Assembly: GCF_030684315.1 (NCBI RefSeq)
Contig: NC_081370.1
Span: 50,424,728-50,488,727, forward strand
From: Stegostoma tigrinum
Lineage: Eukaryota
DNA length: 64,000 bases
Reading direction: 5' to 3'
Part shown: in pieces, positions 11,078 through 23,700 of the stretch
How positions within the stretch are numbered: the stretch's first letter is position 1
How the letters are laid out: each line of letters starts with the position of its first letter
The notes under the pieces: generated by a model
The model's database searches: none
Seen by the model: only the letters and a program-made list of their open reading frames with translations
Told to the model about the DNA's origin: nothing
Position numbers and translations under genes: made by a program

Positions 11078-11581
11078 CTACTCGGACCTCTTGGCATCAA
11101 GGTAGCCCACAAACCCACCAACAAACTAAAACAGCAGCTAATGAACTTAAAAGACCCTATACAGACAACAAATAAAACAAACGTCATCTACAAAATACCT
11201 TGCAAGAACTGTGACAAACACTACATTGGACAAACTGGCAGAAAGCTAGCCACCAGGATACATGAACATCAACTAGCCACAAAACGACATGACCCACTAT
11301 CACTCGTATCCTTACATACAGAAGAGGAAGGACACCACTTTGATTGGGACAACACATCCATCCTAGGACAAGCCAAACAGAGACACGCACAAGAATTCCT
11401 AGAAGCATGGCATTCCAACCGGAACTCCATCAACAAACACGTTGATTTGAAGCCAATCTACCATCCTCTGAGAAAAAGAACAGGAAATGACATCACCAAC
11501 CCAAGGAAACCTAACCAGATAAATAGAAAGCGGGACATAACACCAGCGCTTCGTCGGAGGCTCACTGATGATGTTACGTAG
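11078..11581 (+). pseudogene. Inverted duplicate of the PLE GIY-YIG domain
   Basis: Near-identical peptide to 9338-9853 on the opposite strand. Confidence 0.85.
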
Positions 11582-11602
11582 AATGGTGACGAAACGTCTG
11601 AA
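11561..11602 (+). ncRNA. Hammerhead ribozyme motif (Poseidon-like pseudo-LTR), sense to TTC17
   Basis: cuca-CUGAUGA-u-GUUAC guagaaug GUGAC-GAAAC-GUC^ugaa; 3-bp stem I. Confidence 0.75.
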
Positions 11603-14600
11603 AACTAACCTTCCAGCTCAGCGAGCAAACTGACATCCATTGTTCAGATTGGAGAAGAGTTGAAAATGGTGTCCCCGAAGGATTGCTGTTGAAAACCCTT
11701 GGTTTTCTGATTTATATAAATGATTTCGAGGTGGTTGTTGAGAGCAAAATCTCTAAATTTACAGATGGTGCTAAGCTAGGAAGAATGAGAAATTGATAGG
11801 ATGATGCTGATCGACCTCAGAGAAACAAGTTCCTCAAATGGGCAGACACCTGTCAATTGCAATGCTGAGAAATGTGAGATATTGCATTTTGGAAGGAGAA
11901 ATGTGTCGAGACAATACTGGCTCAGTGGTACAACTTTTAGTGGGTTTAGGAGCAGAGGGACCTCTGGGTTCACATGCACGATTCTCTGAAGGCAGCCAGG
12001 CAAGTTGAAACAGCTGTTAGGAAGGCTTATAGTATCCTTGGGCTGATGAATAAAGGCAGAGAATATAAAGCAAGGAAGTTATGCTATGCCTCTACAAGTC
12101 ATTGATCATAGCCTTGTGTTCAGTTCTGGACACCTTATTTCAGGAAGAATGTTAAAGCCGTGGAGTGAGTTCAAAGGAGATTTACCAAAATGATGCCAGG
12201 AACGAAGGATTTTAGGTACAAGGATACATTAGAGAAATTGGGCTTATTCAGATTCGCAGTTAAGTTTGTTTTATCTCTTTCCTTGATGTAGTAGCCTGTG
12301 TCCAGTGTCCAGAAACAGTCCATTATCAGCTGAACTGTTTTGTTTGATAGGGTGCTCCCCACTCCCTTGTGAACATAGGTAATTCAACTGCTTTAATTAT
12401 TCAGCTTCCACTTGAAATTAAGAATCGTCAACCTATGGACAAAGTTCCCAGGAATCCTTTCGGTTCTATCAATATAATTTTCTGTGCAATAACTGATTTC
12501 CCCTTTTGGTATTGTATTGTTGTCTTGCTCTGGGATACTTCAGTGCCTTTCTTCCATCTCCTGGAACAGGTGGTTTTCCTAATGCTTCCTGCAAAGTTCT
12601 CGTCCACATTTCTTTTTATATTTCATTCCTCAAAACGTCTTTCACTTCTTAAAGGAATTGGGCGCATTGTTTGAAGTGCAACAACTGAATATAATACTAA
12701 ATGTCAAGCTATTTTGTACACTCCAGTAATTTTTTGGCCTAGGGATACCTGATACCTAGCTAGTCAATCCAGTTTCCTTGACCAAAATGCCATTTAAAAT
12801 TTTGTGCAGTGATTGACCGAGCTCCTCTGCAATGACAGACAAATATGGATGCTTTGAAATGATCAACTCAAGGCCTCAAAATCAATATAACCAGGGACAA
12901 CGCATTCTACAGGTTATTAGTCTAAGGAGCCTTTGGAGTTATTACCGCTACCAAAATAATTCATCAGTGAATGTAAGAAAAGTCATTGAATTTTTAAAAA
13001 ATACATTTTAACAATCTCCAATTTACCCTTGATGTCCTGATTTCACTCAATATTTCATTCAAGATAAAATATCTAAAAATTAGCAAGTTGCCAAATATTT
13101 GCAACTGAGGTAATTTTGAACAGCATCTTATTTGTGTACATACTGCACAGGCATTCACGTCAAGCCTGGAAACTAACTATCAAAACAAGTCCACAGATAC
13201 AGGAGAGCAGACGTAAGCCTGAACATTGCAAATGTTTCTGCAGTTGACCCCCCACAAAAGCTTGAACCTGTGTACTTGCCAAAATGAAAGAGATTTGCTC
13301 TTATGTTTGGAATGTGAGCTTCTTGAACTTTGTTCCAACAATACCCTTTACTCCAGATTCAGAATTTACCCTACTGTGGGATATTTCCATTGTGTGGTCC
13401 ACAAGATTTTTTTTGATCCAACCTGCGAAGCAGCTGCTAGGTTCTTTTCTCGGCTTTTAACAACATTGAATTTAAAGTTTTTAAAGTTCTTAGAACCAAT
13501 AGAAGCTGCTTCTAAATTGATACTTCCAAGCTTCAGGGGAAGTTAAGACATTTGAAATATTTGCGTACAGTCGTCTCATTGACTTCATCAAACATCTATC
13601 TTAATTAGTTGTATGCAGGATGCTTTGTAATTTTGGGTTCACGTTGTCTTTAATTGTGAGACCTGAGGCATGTAAAGGTTGTCCTCGGATACAAATCTAG
13701 TTACATACCCATATAAACCCTTCTAAGTGTTCAGGTTAGTTCCTTGAAGTTATCCAAGCTAATTTGATATCTTTTTAACAGTGTAGATCTTCTTGCTGTT
13801 ACATATCTTTTCATGATACAGTGAACAATGCAGCATCCGTTCCCATTACTAGGGGATGAAAATGATCATTGGCATGGTTACCATTCTTTATTGAACACTC
13901 AATTATGATTCCTGTTATGAAACGACACGCAGTGTGGAAAGAAGGTAAAAATAGTCCCAGGCATAGCTGGATAGGTGGAACAGCATGCATAGAGACTTAG
14001 AAAAATACTGCAAACTGAGGTGGAGCCAAGCTTCAATCATCCCTTATGCACCACCTCTAACATTGCCTGTACATCTGTTAACATATCAGTGGTCTTATTA
14101 TTGCGAATCAGGCACACATGGTTGGAATAATGGGTAGGACAGTCAGTTTTACTCATTTTTAATCAACCTGCTGGGACATGTAATGACACACCTATGGAGC
14201 AGATTAAACTTTAATTCGGGTCTTCTGGCCCAGAAGTGGTAGCACTTATTGTTGTAACTTACTTAAACAGTTATAAATTGTATTGAGAGAGTTAATCTAA
14301 AGGGTTTAATGATCTTAATTGGTTGCAAGCCCAGTTACAGCTGCAGGTGTATTCTCACAAGTTTTACGGAACATATTAAGTTTGTCATGAAAGAAATGAT
14401 ACTCAATAAAAGCTATCTTCAGCCATTTTATAACATCAGATAATGGTAGTGATTTGCCAACTGCTTGTCTCTTTTTCTCTTCTCATGACTGAAGTTCTCC
14501 TGTCTGCAGTCATCTTCCTTGTGTATCGAACCTTTAAGAATCACAACCTGTTAACTCCTGATAGCCAATACTCCCTGTGCATGATCAGAGACTTCTCTAG

Positions 14601-17561
14601 CACTAATTGGCTTATTTGTGCGTTGGCAGTTCATTGTTAATTTTGCATGAGCTCAATATTGTCTTTTCAATTCCTGATTTTTTTAAAAAGTTATGGTCGC
14701 CTTAGTGACATCACTTCCCACTATCTCCTGATTTATTCTTTGACGTGCCATTGACTTTGTAAGATCTTCCATTTTGTAATGGCTTCTCTCTTTCAGTTTA
14801 CTAACTTCATTTATCCTTACCAAGATAAACTGGCACTAGCTGAACAATTTATCTAACTATTTTGAGTATGTATTGTCACCTTCCAGTGATTAACTGTACG
14901 TCAAATGTTCTAGCTGATACATTGTTATTATATTTTAATTAAAAGAAGCACATATGACTCCACAATAACTAATAAAGCCCAAGACATGGCCATTTTCCAA
15001 AGACTGATACAAACTTTTGTCTTCCAAGAGACCTAATAGACTTCAAGTTTCACAACTAAACAAATTTAAAACATTCCTGTGAGCTTCAAACAAAGCATCT
15101 TACCTCAAAGCATTTTTATTTGTTGGTCTGTTTACATGATCCTGAGTCATAAAAACTGCCATACTTTTGAACTCTTATAGTGGAAGTACCCCTCCCTCTC
15201 ATCCAAAAGATCCAGATTTGAGTCCTTTAGCAATCAGCCAATGAGCTTGTGGTTTGAACTGTGTCATATGGCTTTCTTCCTTGCTGAAAATGTTTTACAA
15301 CTAATCACGCTCAAACAGGATATAATTTAATTCCTCACTTGCTTATATAGAGACCCTTACTATTTTTAGTTGGCTCCTTTTTTTTGGTAGACCTGTGTCG
15401 ACCTAGTTGAGGCTAGGGTTAGTTGAACTTTTAACACCTATGTGTTTAATAAAGGGAGAACAGACTCACAGGTTTGTTGATGACTAGCCCAGAAAATAAT
15501 GTAACTTAATTATTAATCTAAGGAACACACGGGACAATTCAACCCAATGTTTCACCATGCCCAGAACTGGCAGCTGGTTTAATATTGAGTTGGTCAATCG
15601 TGAGAGGACCAATATTAACCGGCTAACCAGAGAGAATATTGATTTTTTTTTAAATCCTGCTCATACTGGTTTTGTAGGTACAGAGATATTTTTGGGAACT
15701 TTGGGACTGTCTGCTTTTTTTAAAAAATTGTCTAGTTTTCTGTTCAGTTAAAGAATTATTGAATATCCTGAGAAAAGAATCCCAGCCTGTAAGAAATCAG
15801 TAAAAAAAATTCTGGGAATCTACTGAAATTATTTGAATTCACCAGCGACTTCAAAATTAGACAGTTGTGCCTGTGGAAATCTTATCATCCAAGGATTGCA
15901 TGGAGACATGGCCTCCATTATTTGAAACTGTTTAATTGTGATTCTTTTATTTCTCTTTTTAATTTATCCCTTAACTTTGTCTTTTTGTCTGTGAGAGTGG
16001 ATGATGATCAAAGAAGATTGGGTTTAAGTCATAGCTTGCTATCTCTGGTCAAAACACCTTAATGGAACCAAAATTGGTAATTCTGGAAAAATAATTCAAT
16101 CCTACGCCATGTAAATGCCATCTTAAAATGTGTACAAATTGTGATAATTTGGCTATGCCATTGTAAAAATGTATTTTGAAATGATTGGAAGTGCTATAAT
16201 GTTTCTATTGATGGCAGGTTGATTCCCCTCTTAATCTGAAGCATCCCCATGATTTGGTGGTATTTATGAGACAGGAAGCTACACTCAACTACCTCAAAGA
16301 GCTGGAAGTAAGTCGAAAAATCCTTTTGCTTGATTATGGTACATGAAACATGAGAGAAGACGAATTTTAGTAAAACAGCTGAATGTTTCAAATATTTTGC
16401 AGCTATTATTCGCAACGATTAATATCAAGTTTTATATTGTAATAAAGGCTAAAGAGTATCAACTTGCAAGACTTATAACTATCAAGCTGGCTAGTCCCAC
16501 TTACCCATTTTAGTTTATTTAAAAATTTCTGTACAGTGGCTTCTATTATTATCGGCTTTGTGTCAAAATTTCTCATTTTTAGTCCCTTCCATCCAGATTT
16601 TGAATCACTGAAAATTTCCAATTTGATATGGGTTAGGCAAGTGCTCAATTATTATATTTATTTGGATTGGTGTCACTGAATCAAAATCCTTTGTAGACAG
16701 GATTTCATGAGAATTTGTGGTTAGACGGATATATAATCTGAACAAAATTGCTGTGGACACCACATGAAATAAGGAAAACCTTGATCCGATTATAATCTTG
16801 AACATGCCAAACTCTTCCAAATCACAGGTTAAAGATCCTAACCTATGCTCTGAAGGACAGAGACTTTTGACGCATTAGCTATCAAATGCACTGCTTCACA
16901 GGAGGAGAATGTGGCATTTTAGTGAAACTATAGGTTATTAAAATCATCAGAATGGAAACTAATGATTACGTATGGGTAAAATGTTAGTGAGCAAAGTTGA
17001 AAATGGGTGACCTTGTCTAGCAATAAAGGAACGGTCCCTCACGCAGTCTTAATCGTGTGCTGACACTGTTTTCCCCCCCACCCCCAGCTCCTCCATCCCA
17101 TATACGAACTCCAGTATGTAACATTCAGAGCATTTGGATGTGAACAGGGCATTTGGATAAGATAGAAGAAAAACATTGCTATTAAATTAGTAGGAAATTT
17201 TGGTTTTATTCCTTGTTAATTCCTTATTTTAATTTTGGACATCAAATTGGTAAACCACTCATTATTCAACTTAGCTGTCTGGAGAAGATGAGTGTTTTCA
17301 CTTATTTGATAAGGAAAAGAATGTAGGCTCCAGGAGAATCTGAACTTGGGTATTATTTATCTTTAAGTTATTACTAAAGACCTATTACCAAATCTTTCTT
17401 ACTTCAATTGTGCATGATTTAACAATTTCAGTATGAATTCCACTAATCTTGAAACAGTTACTTTAAGAGATGTAGTGTGTCTTTATTCAGCTGGAATAAA
17501 ATGAAATCTTTAAAGCCTCATCTTTGCTGTTGGATACAATAATTCTCCTTTTTATATGCAG

Positions 17562-17731
17562 AAACACTTGGTTGCTCAGAAAATTCATATAGAAGAAAAT
17601 GAAGATCGAGACACAGGTTTGGAACAGAGACACTACAAAGAGGATTCTGACTGCATTAAAGCCAAAGTACCTCTTGGAGACCTCGATCTATATGATGGAA
17701 CATTCATTCCTCTGGAAAACAAGGATATCAG
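17562..17731 (+). CDS. TTC17: TTC17 coding exon (~exon 3): KHLVAQK...ENKDI
   Basis: Acceptor tttatatgcag|AAA; donor AG|gtttaa; 170 nt. Confidence 0.93.
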
Positions 17732-20700
17732 GTTTAAAAAGGCATTTTAAAAACGTGTTCTTTTAGCTTCCCAGTCAACTGTGTATCATTCACCAGCTGA
17801 TGGATAAGAAGGCTATTCACCTTCACGTCTGTGACGGTCATGACAGTTCAGAGATTAATTTACGTTGACTAGTATCTGAGATCAGCCATTTCTGGTTAAA
17901 TGACATCATGGAGCTGCTGCAGCAATATTAACTATGAAGCAGTATAGGGATTACTCCAATGAAAGCTCTGGAAGTCAGCACTGAGATAGCCCATTAAATA
18001 ATGTGTGGGAGCCAGTGAGGAAGGGAAATATTTGCTAACAAGAGTTTTCCTAGAGTTATGCTTTGAATTGTCTCCTAATTTTCATTCTTTTCAAGCTTGA
18101 CTTTGATCTCAAGAATTTCCTAATGAAATGATTTGTTTATGGCAACATCAGATTTTGTGTCTGATGCAGAGGGACCTCCGAAAAGTAAAACTTAATAACA
18201 GAAGTGAGCTGGTGGTAAAGTTACAGTATTACCAGTTTATTTTTCTGGATGCGAAGCAGTTGGCAATAAGTTGTGAAAATGCCATTTTTTAGTAGCATGA
18301 AATGTGAATTCAAGTCAGAACCTGTTTTCAGTTGTTAACTCATTAAATTGATATCCAAAAAGTACTTAAGAAATAGTAAATAAAAAGATAAAACCAGTTA
18401 TTTCTCTTGAGGTCAAATTCCATTACTTTGAGACTGCAAAGGCATATACCAAGAACTGACAGAATTCTATCAAATGGAATGATGAATACAGTATTTTTCA
18501 GATATAGACTTAAAATCTGAAGCCACTGAATTGTGAAATCTAGGCCTCGCTAAAACAAAAAATGACTAATTTATGTACAGGCTCTTAATTCTTAAATTAT
18601 AAACTATTGTGGGCGGCACGGTGGCTCAGTAGTTAGCACTGCTGCCTCACAGTGCCAGGGGCCCGGGTTCGATTCCCCCTCCGGCAACAGTCTGTGTGGA
18701 GTTTGCATGTTCTCCCCGTGTCTGCTTGGGGATACCTCCGGGTGCTCAAGTTTCCTTCCACAGTCCAAAGATGTGCAGACTAGGTGAATTGGCTATGCTA
18801 ACTTGCCCATAGTGTTCAGGGATGTGTAGATTAGGGGGTTTGGGGAATGGGCCTGGGTCGGATGCTCTGAGGTCGATGTGCACTTGCTGGGCTGAAGGGC
18901 CTGTTTCCATACTGTAGGGATTCTGTGGATCTATGGAAACTTGATTTTAAAGGATATTTTTTCACTTTGCATATATATTATACATTAAAACAGTGCGGAA
19001 ACAGACCTTTGGGTCCAACTGACCATGCTGACCAGGTATCCCAAACTAGTGGTTCCTATTTGCCTGCATTTAGTTCACATCCCTCTAAACCTTTCCTGTT
19101 AATCTACATGTTTATGTATGTATTAAATGTTACAATTGTACCTGCATCTACCACTTCCTCTGGCAGTTCATGCCATATACAAAACACCCTCTGCGTGAAA
19201 AAGCTGCCCCTCGGGTTCCTTTTAAAGCTTTTGTCTCTCAGCTTAAACCTCTGCCCTCTAGTTTTCAACTCCCCACCCTGGGGAAAAGACATTTGGTGTT
19301 CACTTTATCTGTGCCCACATGATTTTACAAACTTCAGTAAGGTCACCCCTCAGCATCCCATGCTCCATGAGTCAAAAAAGTCCTAGCTTGTTCAGTCTTT
19401 CCTTATAACTCCAACCCTCTTGATATATATGTGTCTATATAGATCTTTTATACATTTGTATTTCGTAAATATGGTATTTATAAGCCAGTTCGCCTTCCAG
19501 TAGACTTTTTTTTGATTTTGCTACAGCTTCTTGTAAACTGCAGAAATTAACATTTAGTTCTTCTCTTATAGCCCTGAAGAATACATTGATACAAAGGCCC
19601 CATTACCTCAAGACCTAGACACACCTGATTGCACGAAAATGATGGATCTTCCATTTAGTATTCATGCTTTTCAGCATTTGAGGGTGAATGTTTTTCTGAT
19701 CATAACAAGAATTGAACTTAAAATAACACTTAATTAAAATCTTCTGAGATTATTTACGGGACTTCTTAATTTTTAAATATTTATTAATTAAATAAAATGC
19801 AATAGTAATTTTCATTTTTATAGTACTTTTCATGTAAAAGACCATCTAATTGCTTTGCGTGAAGAAAACAGTAGAGACTGAGTAGGTGGTGAGGAGTCTA
19901 TGGGAGAATTAGCTGTGTAGCTCTTTTAGGAGTCTTCTGTACTGTAAAATTCATCAATTCTATTACAAAGCCAACAGTTGGAAAATGTTTTAGTCCCTAT
20001 GAAAAGTTGTGGTGCAATAAAGTGACATTTTCACTTGCAGCCTAGAACTACCACGAATAACCTAGTTCTGCTGAACCACAGGTATCCTAAAAGTCTTGTT
20101 TTTAAGCTATTCTATGTGTGCAATAGCAGGCCTAGAGGTTCCTAGGAAGGAAGTGTGTAATTCTATTGGCAATTTAATTTTATACCCAGAAAGTGCCAAC
20201 AAATGTAAAACAACTGTGCGAATGTTATTTTATGTAGAGCGTTTTTAAGCCACTGTCTGCTTCTGATGAGGACTTCATTTGAAAGAATATGCTGGATGAC
20301 ATGACCTTTAACCCTTGAGAGTTGCATTGAAATCCATTGCCACATGAGGACCTTAAAATACTATGTACTAGTTGCATAGGTCCTAATTAAAACTAAATTT
20401 AATTAATCTTTTTTATAACTGGTAGCAGTTTTATTCTGCGAGGTGTTAAGAGAAATATGAATTTGCTGTGTTTTTAATTAATTGATATTAAAAAACAATT
20501 GAATGCTAACAGTCAAATAGTGACATAATCTTACCATTCATGTTAATCTAATTCGTAATGTAATCATCTTTACATAGCAGAGTTAATTGTCCTACTCAAA
20601 AGATACTCCTGTACTAATACGTATCGATGTAGAGTGTTGTACGCAGCATGAAGGGCCAGAAAAGTTATCAACATGCTATAGTATGTGTCATGAACTAATT

Positions 20701-23700
20701 TAGATTTTAAAAAATGATACTACGACAGAACTAGTGATAATGGGAACTGCAGATGCTGGAGAATCCAAGATAACAAAGTGTGAAGCTGGATGAACACAGC
20801 AGGCCAAGCAGCATCTCAGGAGCACAAAACCTGACGTTTCGGGCCTAGACCCTTTAGCCAAAAGATTACAGTTTATACTTTCCAAGTTTGAGGATTTGAA
20901 AATTGAAATGACAAGTAATGCATTAAACTTTAAACTTTAATTCTAGGGTATCCAAGAACGGATCAATCTTACAGCACCAGTATTATCAAAAGAAGATCCT
21001 ATCTTTGTCAGCTTATCAAGGAGATTAGGTAGAAGTATTGAAGAAATAGGCCATAGAATTAATGCAGCCTTATTGAAGGTACGATTTACATTTTGTAATC
21101 TTCACTTAACATCTGACTTTTATTAACTGTTAGCATGTGAATACAGGTAATGTAAGCTGTGCATGCATTTCATGCAATGTATTCAAGTTCAGATAAAGCA
21201 AATCAGCCCATGCTGTTGGCTCCTTGAAATGTCAGTCTACTTACTTCCACCTTCTTGCATTTCCCCACAGCCTTCCAAATTTTCTCCCCCTTTTTGGGTG
21301 TATCTGTTTCCTTTGGAAGTTATTGTTGAATCAGTTTCAACATGCTATTAGCCAGTGCAATCTAGCTCATTATTGTGTCAAAAGAAATCTCTCGCAAGTT
21401 CGTTCATCAGCCCCCTTGAATCTCTGACCTCTGGTTGCTTGCCCTGCTACTACTGGAACCAGTTTATCGTTGTTTGTTTTATCAAAACTTTTACATTTGT
21501 GAGTATCTGTATAATATCTTCCCTCAACTTATTTGCTGTAGAAAGAGCAGCCCAAGCTCCTCTAATTATTTAAATGATACCATACTTAAAGGAGTTCTCC
21601 ACTCTGCAAGCTTTTGACGTTGTCTTTACATGTGTTGTGATGCTCTCGAATGCACTACCTAAAAGGTGTCGGAAGGCAGTTGAATACAGACTTTCAAAGG
21701 GCAGTAGATGACTTCATTTTATACTGTATGCTGCTTCTATTTATAAAACCAAAGCGACCATACACACTTTAACAACCTTATCTTGCCCTGTCACCTCCAA
21801 TTATTTGATTGGAATTTGTGTCTATTTCTGATCCCCTCTTAAATGTATTATTCAATTCATGCTGCCATTTCTCAATACTTGTACCAAAATGCTTTCTTTC
21901 ATAATTTTCCATTAACTTCCATCTGCCATACTTTTGCTTCAAGCCCATGACTATTCTGTTTGCTGTTGTGCATTTCAAACTCTCATGCAATTAGAAAGCT
22001 TGAACATTATATTGGAGCTATTTACCCAGCTTCATTCCATTAATATAAATCAGAAAGCAATGTAGTCTTGTACTCATCTCTGGCTTCCTACTGATCTGTA
22101 CGAGTAAGTTCACCACAGTTCTCTACTTTCTGTTCCTTAACTAATTTGATGTTTATGAAATTGCTATCGCTTAGACTGATTAGAAAATTTGTAGTCAGTG
22201 AGATTAATAATGTGATAATTTAGCAAAGACTTTTTGATAGTTACACATTAACCACGCTATCTTCATTCTCAAATCTCTATCAAATCAAACACAATTTGCC
22301 TTTAAAAAATTGTGCTGGTTGTCATTTATTACTTCATGAAAATGACAGTGAACAAGATGCGTTCTTAGTACCTTCTAAAATTAATACATCATTAAATTCT
22401 TACTGTTAAAAACGTAGAATATCTTCCTACTCTGTTGAGCCTTCAGCAGATGATATTGTAAGACATTATAATGCCACTGCTCTTTGTCAGCTCTGGTTCT
22501 GATATCTTGTACCAGTATCTTCCATTCAATTTATTTACGCATTGGACAAACAGTATAACACCTACTTATCTAATACATCCAAAATGTTAATTGGAATGAA
22601 ATACAGTTGTGAATTTGGGTAGCATACTCAATTGCAGTCACTTTTGATTGCATTACTTCAGACCTAATCTTAAGTTGCCATCCTTCTTTTCAGCTGCTCT
22701 AAGAATTGAGGAGATTTGAACTAGGTTTAGTCTCTGCAACTTCCGAAGCTGCTATTCTCAAAGGAGAGTTTTTGCTAATAGTAACGTTTTAAATAAAAGT
22801 GATGGTGTAACGATAAATAACTTGATAATTTTGATGACATTTCCAAGGAAAAGCTCAATAAATAATTTTCATTGTTTAAGTTGTTTCCATAATTGTAAGA
22901 AATTTCCAAACCCATTTTACAAACTATATTTTGTATGTTAAATATCAATTTATTCAGCACCATTTCTCTGCAACCACATTAATATTGTCCAAGCTTAATG
23001 GTAAACATAAAACGAATTTATCCTTTCAACACAATTTGTACGTATGTAAAATAGGATGTGACTGAAAATATTTTGAAATCTACCATATTAATACATCACC
23101 AAATTGTCACATCAATTCTAAATCATATTGAGTGCCATAAAATTATTGTTTCAGATACTTCTACTTCAGTTTGAGGGCTGTGCAACATTTAGAAATGTCA
23201 TTAATCTAAAAGAGCATGATCAATATTTCTTTAATATTTAAACTGTTCACAAACCTAAGTAAGAATTATTAAAGAAATGTATTTTCACATGACTACTGGG
23301 ACTAAATTGTTAAGTCCTTAATAGTTGAGCACAGTGATCACAGGGTCACATTGCAATACCTTGCAATGGATTAAAATAGCCGATTTCAAGTGTCCACAAT
23401 GATACAATCGTTCCTATTAATCTGATGTTTCTGTTATTGCAATGTTTTCATTATTTTTAGAATACATCATCATGGGTGTTGTATAACATGGCTTCATTTT
23501 ACTGGAGGATGAAGAATGAGCCGTATCAGGTGGTAGAATGTGTCATTCGGGCATTACATTTTTCTCCACGGTAAGCTTTCAAAAGCCAAGTGATAAACTT
23601 AACACTGATAGGGTTTCTCCTTGCATCCTGACCAATATTTCACAGTGTTTACTTTTTTTCATTTTCTTTGTGTGGAATGGCAGCTTAGTTGAACATGACT

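Larger units (their letters stand above)
9241..11637 (-). mobile_element. Poseidon-like Penelope element, 5'-truncated, with inverted 3' duplication (RT + GIY-YIG)
   Basis: RT motifs FYGLPKIHKP.VPLRPIVS, SFDVTALFTS, MGSPISG, WVRYVVD; GIY-YIG NVIYKIPCKNCDKHYIGQT; TSD cattgctcagatt (9228-9240) / cattgttcagatt (11638-11650). Confidence 0.92.
8620..12260 (+). mobile_element. CR1 LINE RT remnant hosting a SINE and a PLE
   Basis: HSFVKGRSCLTNLVEFFE / AVDVVCLDFQKAFD..RIRNWL / CSDWRRVENGVPEG...NAEKCEILHFGR are collinear once the inserts are removed. Confidence 0.85.

Noticed and set aside
11042-11581. Domesticated stand-alone GIY-YIG nuclease gene
   Set aside because: It is an inverted duplicate inside a TSD-bounded PLE. 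The ATG comes from antisense junction sequence, and the open frame is explained by young age.
12700-16100. Possible further old PLE N-terminal remnant (~13060-13750) and solo-LTR-like segment (~15390-16080)
   Set aside because: Similarity is too weak to support by eye; needs RepeatMasker or an HMM search.
1-17561. TTC17 exons 1-2 or a promoter
   Set aside because: No matching peptide found by eye. The only CpG-rich stretch is the PLE, so the region is probably all intron.
18611-18685. tRNA gene
   Set aside because: The A/B boxes belong to the tRNA-derived head of an HE1 SINE; it continues into the V-domain and CR1 tail.
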